From: Poseidonia sp.
GTDB lineage: Archaea > Thermoplasmatota > Poseidoniia > Poseidoniales > Poseidoniaceae
Direction: 5' to 3'
NCBI GenBank assembly: GCA_965661285.1
Contig: CBFIDD010000002.1
Coordinates: 160,001-224,000 of the forward strand
Length of the DNA: 64,000 bases
Every line of letters begins with the position of its first letter. The stretch's first letter is position 1. Positions 59,065 to 64,000 of the stretch are shown piece by piece. The notes beneath the pieces are model-generated. The model was not told the DNA's origin and searched no databases. It worked only from the letters and a program-made list of their open reading frames with translations. Made by a program: the position numbers and the translations under genes.

Positions 59065-59130
59065 ATGTCTCAACTGAAAATCCGCATTGAAACGGACGAA
59101 TACATCTACGAAGAATACATCGAAGCGTGA
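59065..59130 (+). CDS. Candidate 21-aa micro-protein MSQLKIRIETDEYIYEEYIEA
   Basis: AGGAGTG ribosome-binding site before ATG, TTCAAC box at 59031, stop 3 nt from convergent Cbf5 stop. Confidence 0.5.
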   Translation: MSQLKIRIETDEYIYEEYIEA

Positions 59131-59133
59131 GCA

Positions 59134-60102
59134 TCAGGACGACGTCGGCCATCGCCGAGGGTAGACCTCGGTGTCGATGAGGACCATGCTGGGCCGAGCG
59201 ACTTCCCCGGCGTCAAGCGTAGCGATTTCGTTGGAATCCATCTTGAGTTTGACAAAGCCAACCGCCTCGTCTTTGAGAGAGGACACCATCAACTCGGTGC
59301 CTTTCTTCAGACCTTTTGGAATACTGATGAGGCCGGGACGAAGCAACGGTGCGCCGTAGGCCAGTGCCGCGACAGCGCTGTCCTTTACCTGGCATCGTGG
59401 GAGGTCGACCAGCAGTTTCTCAATCGGATGGATGACCTTCATCAGCGCTTCGTCTTGTCCGCACTCCTTCCAAAGCCAAACGGCATCGGCCAACTGGTCC
59501 ATCGTGATGCAATTGTTGAGGTCAAACATCCCGGAGGTTTCTCTTCGAAGTTCCTTCAGTGTGACCGGGGTGTTGAGCAACAAGCCCATGTCTCGGGCGA
59601 TGGTACGGATGTAGGTTCCAGCCTCACAGGTGATGCGGGCGACCACGTCCTGCTTGTCGATGTCCAGCAGTTCAAACGCATGGATGGTCCGGGTCCGCAC
59701 CTGCACTTTGACGGCCGAGACCTCGGGCGGTACGTTATAGATGCGACCGGTAAGCGAAGCCATGGTTTCCCGAATGACCTCTTCTTCCGGTCGCTCACGG
59801 AATCGCAGAATGGCGATGTAGGATTTGGTATGCTTGAGAATCTTATTCGTGATTTTCATGCATCGTCCGGTCATCAGGGGGAGCACGCCGGTCGCAAACG
59901 GGTCAAGCGTTCCCCCGTGTCCCAGACGATCCAAACCGAGCATATCACGGGCCCAAGCAGCCAGTTGATGCGATGTTGGTCCTGCGGGCTTGTCGATCAG
60001 AATAAAGCCCGAGGCGAGACGTTGCTCAAGCGTGCGCTCATCGGGCGATGTCCCAAAGGCTGCGTCGGTTGAAGGGCCATCGTCCAAAACATGTAGACTC
60101 AT
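59134..60102 (-). CDS. truB: H/ACA pseudouridine synthase Cbf5 (TruB family)
   Basis: IDKPAGPTSHQ, GHGGTLDP, CEAGTYIR, ELRR, PUA domain, YPRRW. Confidence 0.95.
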   Translation of the reverse strand: MSLHVLDDGPSTDAAFGTSPDERTLEQRLASGFILIDKPAGPTSHQLAAWARDMLGLDRLGHGGTLDPFATGVLPLMTGRCMKITNKILKHTKSYIAILRFRERPEEEVIRETMASLTGRIYNVPPEVSAVKVQVRTRTIHAFELLDIDKQDVVARITCEAGTYIRTIARDMGLLLNTPVTLKELRRETSGMFDLNNCITMDQLADAVWLWKECGQDEALMKVIHPIEKLLVDLPRCQVKDSAVAALAYGAPLLRPGLISIPKGLKKGTELMVSSLKDEAVGFVKLKMDSNEIATLDAGEVARPSMVLIDTEVYPRRWPTSS

Positions 60103-60638
60103 TCATTGGCCTCCAACAAGGCGACGACAGCCCCCAGTATTTGAGATGCATTGAGGGAAGTGGCATCAAGAATGTGGGTGTAGGGCTCCGGGTCTTCGGG
60201 CACGAGGTCGTAAAGCATGCGGAAACGCTCCTCGTCAACCGCTGCTCGTTTCCGATTGGCCTCAAGCGCTTGTTCAACTGAAATCTCTTCTCGAGAGGCC
60301 ACACGACGACCTCGTTCCTCATCGGAAACATCCAGCCAGATTCGCAAGCAGGGCAAACCCAGTCGGTAGGCCCACCAACCTGCGAGGCGAGACTCGACAA
60401 TATCGGCGCTGTCATCGCCCTGCATGCGCTGTTGCAACAACTTGTCGAGCGAGCGGTCAACATCCAGTTCGTTCTTGCACAGTTCGCCAAAGGCCCCGAG
60501 CGACATGCCTCGCCGTTTGGCTTCCTCCCGGAACACATCGCCTCCGTTGAGACTTGACCAGCCGTAGCGCTCCATCAAACCCTTCACGAGCGTGCTTGTG
60601 CCGCTGCCGGGATGGCCGGAGACGGTCAACGTGACCAC
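60099..60638 (-). CDS. cmk: Cytidylate kinase
   Basis: TVSGHPGSGTST, GDVFR, ESRLAGW; between DUF106 and truB; GTG start at 60638. Confidence 0.9.
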   Translation of the reverse strand: MVTLTVSGHPGSGTSTLVKGLMERYGWSSLNGGDVFREEAKRRGMSLGAFGELCKNELDVDRSLDKLLQQRMQGDDSADIVESRLAGWWAYRLGLPCLRIWLDVSDEERGRRVASREEISVEQALEANRKRAAVDEERFRMLYDLVPEDPEPYTHILDATSLNASQILGAVVALLEANE

Positions 60639-60642
60639 GCCA

Positions 60643-61560
60643 TCACACCCATTCGTGGAAGCAGACGTTACAGCGCTTGGTCCGAGGGCCGTCGTGGGTG
60701 ATAACGTCGCCATCGCACTCCGGGCACACGAGGGGGACGCCGTCCATCAATCCGCCTCGAGCGGGAGCTTCGGCGGCCTTGTTGGAAGGGGGGGATTTCT
60801 TGCGGTGTTGCTGGCTGCGCTTTGAACGCTGTTGACGCTTCTTCGCTTGGTTTGACTTGGCAGCGGGTTTGGTGGCGACCAAATGCAACAGGGGTTCTTT
60901 GAGCACTTCACCGGCGACGACCAACGGGTGCGTCCTGTAGCGTGCAAGTTTGATGTGGCGGTCGAGAATGCGTCCATAGGCAGCGCTCATACAGATATAA
61001 CAGCAAATCCATGCTGGGAAAAACAGGAATTTACCTTCAAGGAGATTCCACTCCGGGGACCACGGAAGGGAGACATAGTCCACCCGAAAGGTCTCCACCT
61101 TGGTGGTCAACCACGCGAAGATACCGATGATGAAAATCATGGTGAACATCATCGGTTTCATCGCCCCCATTTGGACCTCGAGTTGCTCTGGCATCATCTG
61201 CTGCTGGAGCGTCATGGCCTTTTCTTGCAAAATCGGGTCGCGGGAAAGGCGTGCCTCGTTCATGATTTGGCGAACTTGACCTTGGCGGTGTCCGATGTGC
61301 GCCTGGTCCATGGGGTCAACGAAGAAGTTGCGAATCACGGTGTTCAGCGTCATCGAAAAGATACCAAGAATCATCACCGTGATGACGAAAAACGACTCCT
61401 CGGGCAGCACAGGTGAGAGCAAAGGATCGGCCGTTGTCCCCAGCGATGTTCGAATCGAAGGCGTCATGATGAGGACGGTCATGAGGATCATGAACATCAG
61501 CATGACAAACATTGAGCCTCCCGGTGGCGGGGGTGGCGGGGGTGAGGAACCGTTGGCCAT
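60643..61560 (-). CDS. DUF106/EMC3/TMCO1 (Oxa1 superfamily) insertase with C-terminal zinc ribbon
   Basis: TM, Met/Gln-rich coiled coil, MKPMMFTMIF, LPW, WICCYICMS; conserved DUF106-cmk-truB order; ends CPEC..CNVC. Confidence 0.82.
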   Translation of the reverse strand: MANGSSPPPPPPPGGSMFVMLMFMILMTVLIMTPSIRTSLGTTADPLLSPVLPEESFFVITVMILGIFSMTLNTVIRNFFVDPMDQAHIGHRQGQVRQIMNEARLSRDPILQEKAMTLQQQMMPEQLEVQMGAMKPMMFTMIFIIGIFAWLTTKVETFRVDYVSLPWSPEWNLLEGKFLFFPAWICCYICMSAAYGRILDRHIKLARYRTHPLVVAGEVLKEPLLHLVATKPAAKSNQAKKRQQRSKRSQQHRKKSPPSNKAAEAPARGGLMDGVPLVCPECDGDVITHDGPRTKRCNVCFHEWV

Positions 61561-61632
61561 GATGGCTCTGCGATGATGGCAGGGCATGAAGGTTAGCATG
61601 GTTCTTTTCAAGACAGGCTGGTCTACACGGTG

Positions 61633-62091
61633 ATGCGAGAACTTCAAACAAGGCGACGCTTTCGTCCCTTCATGCGCCAGAAAGAACCGCTGGATGTTTC
61701 ACCCACATGGCGCTATCCGCTGCCCATGCCCATGCCGGGTCAGCCCGTGTGTGCCACGGAACTCGAGGCCATGGAACAAGTCGAGCGCTTGCCGGTTTCA
61801 CCTCGCATGTTTTTCTGGACCGACGCCCAGCGAAAATGCCCTCAGGATTGGGGCTTCATTGGCAGCGTTCGAGAAGGTGTCCCGCCGAGCGGAATCGAGG
61901 CTGAATTGATGGCATGGGCCGACCAATACCCAAAGGCGTGGCTGGCCGTTGATATGCGAGACGGTGCCGTGCCACCATCAACCGTGCGCCCCCTCAACGA
62001 GGTTTTGTCTTCACTGAATCGACCGGTCATCGTGATCGTGAGTCGTTCTCCCGAGCACGAAGAATGGCCACAATGGGTCCTCCCAGAGTAG
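61633..62091 (+). CDS. Hypothetical protein
   Basis: About 152-aa Pro/Trp-rich ORF filling the gap; TTCAAG box upstream. Confidence 0.65.
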   Translation: MRELQTRRRFRPFMRQKEPLDVSPTWRYPLPMPMPGQPVCATELEAMEQVERLPVSPRMFFWTDAQRKCPQDWGFIGSVREGVPPSGIEAELMAWADQYPKAWLAVDMRDGAVPPSTVRPLNEVLSSLNRPVIVIVSRSPEHEEWPQWVLPE

Positions 62092-62136
62092 GGCGCCTAA
62101 CCGGGAAGCAACCCCCCGATTCGGTGGATGTTCATC

Positions 62137-64000
62137 TCATTCGGTGAACGTGTAGCCGCAGGCGTTGCAGGTGCCAGCATCCGCTGCATTAACGGTGGAA
62201 CAAATGGGACAGGCCTTCTCTTCGGCAGATGCCTCTTCGGCAGATGCCTCTTCAGCAGGCGCAGCCTCTTCTTCCTCGGTTTCCCCGTTGGCTTCGTTCC
62301 AAGCCTTGGCAGCGTCTTCCAATTCTGCCTTCTTGAGGTAGCCGTTGTCGTCGTGGTCGTAATCCACGGCGAATTCCACAAACGCATCTCGGTGGCTGGC
62401 GTCAATTCCAGCAGCGTCCATGACCCGCAAGAGCATGTCTTCTCGGAATTTCATCTTGGGAGCGCTCTCTTCAACCGCTTCTTCGGATTCAGCATCTTCG
62501 GATGCAGCGTCTTCAGATGCCGCCGCTTCCGTGGTCTCCGGCTCGGCCTCGGCTTCGGCTTCTGCCTCTTCCGACTCAACGCTGGGCAAATCCTCGGTTT
62601 CAATCTCATCGCCGAAGTGAACGCCGTGGAAGCGGTTCAGTGCTTCTGCGTCAACTTCCCCGCTTCCCTTGATGTCAAAGGACACTTCGAGACGCTCGCC
62701 CTTCTCCACCTTCGGAACATGCCACGTGATGTGAAGGCCACCTTCGCCCTCTTCGGAGGTCATGGTGACATCGTCTCGCTTGCCGTCAGCACTCTTCATT
62801 TCCCATTCCTTGATTTCAAATTGGGGTGGAAGAACATCGTTGATGTACAGGTCGCTGAGCGCCGTATCGCCGTTGTTCTCGAACAAGATGAGCACTTCGT
62901 AGCGACCCTTCCCACCCAGTGGAATGGCCTGCTTACCGGCGCTAAAGTTTCGGCGGTTGTGGACGACCTTCAGACTGGGAGTTTCGGTTGGTTCCCTGGT
63001 GCAGATGGGGCCGAAGCGTTCGGCACTGAACTCGATACGAGCAGGGGCGTCCACTCGCTCGTTGGCCGGCGAGGGGTCGGGAGCCGAAAGTGGGTAGGAG
63101 ATTTCGATTTTCTTTCCTGCTTTGAGGCCGATGGGACCGCGAGTTCCGACGGTCAGCATCATGGTATGACCTTGGCCGTCGGGTGAGCGGTGTTCCTTCT
63201 CAAGCGTGATGCCTTCGGAAAGTTCCACCTTGTACTGGTCGTCGTCGATGATTTTGCCGTCGATCTTGATGCTCAACTGCTCCTTAGTGGGCGCTTCGAA
63301 CAGTCCGGGAATGTCGTCGGTGATGCGCATCAGATTGATGGTGGATGAACCCTTGTTGACGAGGGTCATGGTCGCCTGAATCTTCTGCTCACGATAGGAG
63401 CGGAGGTTTTCCGTGGAGTAGGTTTTGGAAACATCTGCCTCCAACACCTCGAGTTTCTTCTCCTCGAGCGTCATCGTTCCCTCGGAGGTCTGAACCGCCT
63501 TGGGCAGCACCGTATAGGAGAGGTCGTAGGTGAAGTCTGGCTCGGACTGTGCCATCACCGTTCGCTCATCTGACTCCCACTTTCCATTCGGACCCACATC
63601 CTGGTCGACATCGTGAACGTCAAAGAGAAGGTCCTCACTTCCCTTCATGCTCACTTGCAACTTGGTCAAATCAACAGCAAAGGAAGAGCGGTTTTCGAAG
63701 ATGGCTTTGCAAATCCAATTGTCAGGACGCTCGTCTTCTCGGACGCGCATGTAGGTGAAACCGCGACAAAACGCATCCAACTCGCGGAAGGACATGTTCG
63801 AGACCGTAGCGTCTGCCTTGTAGGTGGCCGCTGCCTTTCCAGCCTTGATGGCCTTGGTGGAGTCAACCCTGATGGTTCCCTCAAGGGCAAGGGTTTGGGT
63901 TTCGCCAGCCTGTAGGCGACCGACGGTCCACGTGATGACACCGTCGTCGAGCTCGGCTCCCGGAGCCATTTCAAAGTGCATAGCATCGGCCAGTGGGCGA
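62137..64000 (-). CDS. Large beta-sandwich (DUF11-like) protein with EF-hand and C-terminal zinc ribbon, 5' truncated
   Basis: Frame open to window end; FENNGDTALSDLYINDVLP..ITWHV repeats; DHDDNGYLKKAE; CPIC..CNAC. Confidence 0.75.
   Translation of the reverse strand, partial: RPLADAMHFEMAPGAELDDGVITWTVGRLQAGETQTLALEGTIRVDSTKAIKAGKAAATYKADATVSNMSFRELDAFCRGFTYMRVREDERPDNWICKAIFENRSSFAVDLTKLQVSMKGSEDLLFDVHDVDQDVGPNGKWESDERTVMAQSEPDFTYDLSYTVLPKAVQTSEGTMTLEEKKLEVLEADVSKTYSTENLRSYREQKIQATMTLVNKGSSTINLMRITDDIPGLFEAPTKEQLSIKIDGKIIDDDQYKVELSEGITLEKEHRSPDGQGHTMMLTVGTRGPIGLKAGKKIEISYPLSAPDPSPANERVDAPARIEFSAERFGPICTREPTETPSLKVVHNRRNFSAGKQAIPLGGKGRYEVLILFENNGDTALSDLYINDVLPPQFEIKEWEMKSADGKRDDVTMTSEEGEGGLHITWHVPKVEKGERLEVSFDIKGSGEVDAEALNRFHGVHFGDEIETEDLPSVESEEAEAEAEAEPETTEAAASEDAASEDAESEEAVEESAPKMKFREDMLLRVMDAAGIDASHRDAFVEFAVDYDHDDNGYLKKAELEDAAKAWNEANGETEEEEAAPAEEASAEEASAEEKACPICSTVNAADAGTCNACGYTFTE
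62218..62258. repeat. 15-bp coding tandem repeat (CTCTTCGGCAGATGC, about 2.6 copies)
   Basis: Seen directly; encodes (ASAEE)n linker. Confidence 0.75.

Noticed and set aside
62128-63186. Long antisense ORFs (also 1094-1816, 18728-19720, 41603-42586, 49753-50568, 53037-53867 and others)
   Set aside because: They mirror well-supported genes on the opposite strand, have no recognisable motifs, and are expected from codon bias in GC-rich DNA.
1-64000. CRISPR arrays, rRNA, IS elements, proviral or defence genes
   Set aside because: No spaced direct repeats, rRNA-like tracts, transposase/integrase or recognisable defence-system motifs were seen; the window is almost entirely housekeeping and envelope genes.

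Overview
Densely coded archaeal chromosome segment with about 59 CDS and 4 tRNAs. Archaeal markers include psmA-SBDS-rrp4, tiaS, RFC-L, SRP54, aIF5A, trmY, Cbf5 and two archaeosortases. Gene content (bacterial-type ribA, fatty-acid/amino-acid catabolism, OPT/MFS transporters, large acidic surface proteins) suggests Marine Group II Euryarchaeota (Ca. Poseidoniales); this is inference. I saw no integrase, transposase, CRISPR array or rRNA. Most notable: (1) a Get3-like ATPase with a Met-rich groove and an Hsp20-like tail directly upstream of SRP54, with an EMC3/Get1-family insertase and a candidate tail-anchored protein in the same window, a possible archaeal GET-like targeting route; (2) a stand-alone calmodulin-like EF-hand protein and two other EF-hand proteins; (3) two archaeosortases with candidate non-PGF sorting signals; (4) a non-canonical TT(C/G)A(A/T)(A/G) TATA-like box 29-30 nt upstream of 13 start codons; (5) an unannotated 21-aa ORF; (6) a P-loop-degenerate RadB-like protein. 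All calls come from motif recognition only; no searches were run.
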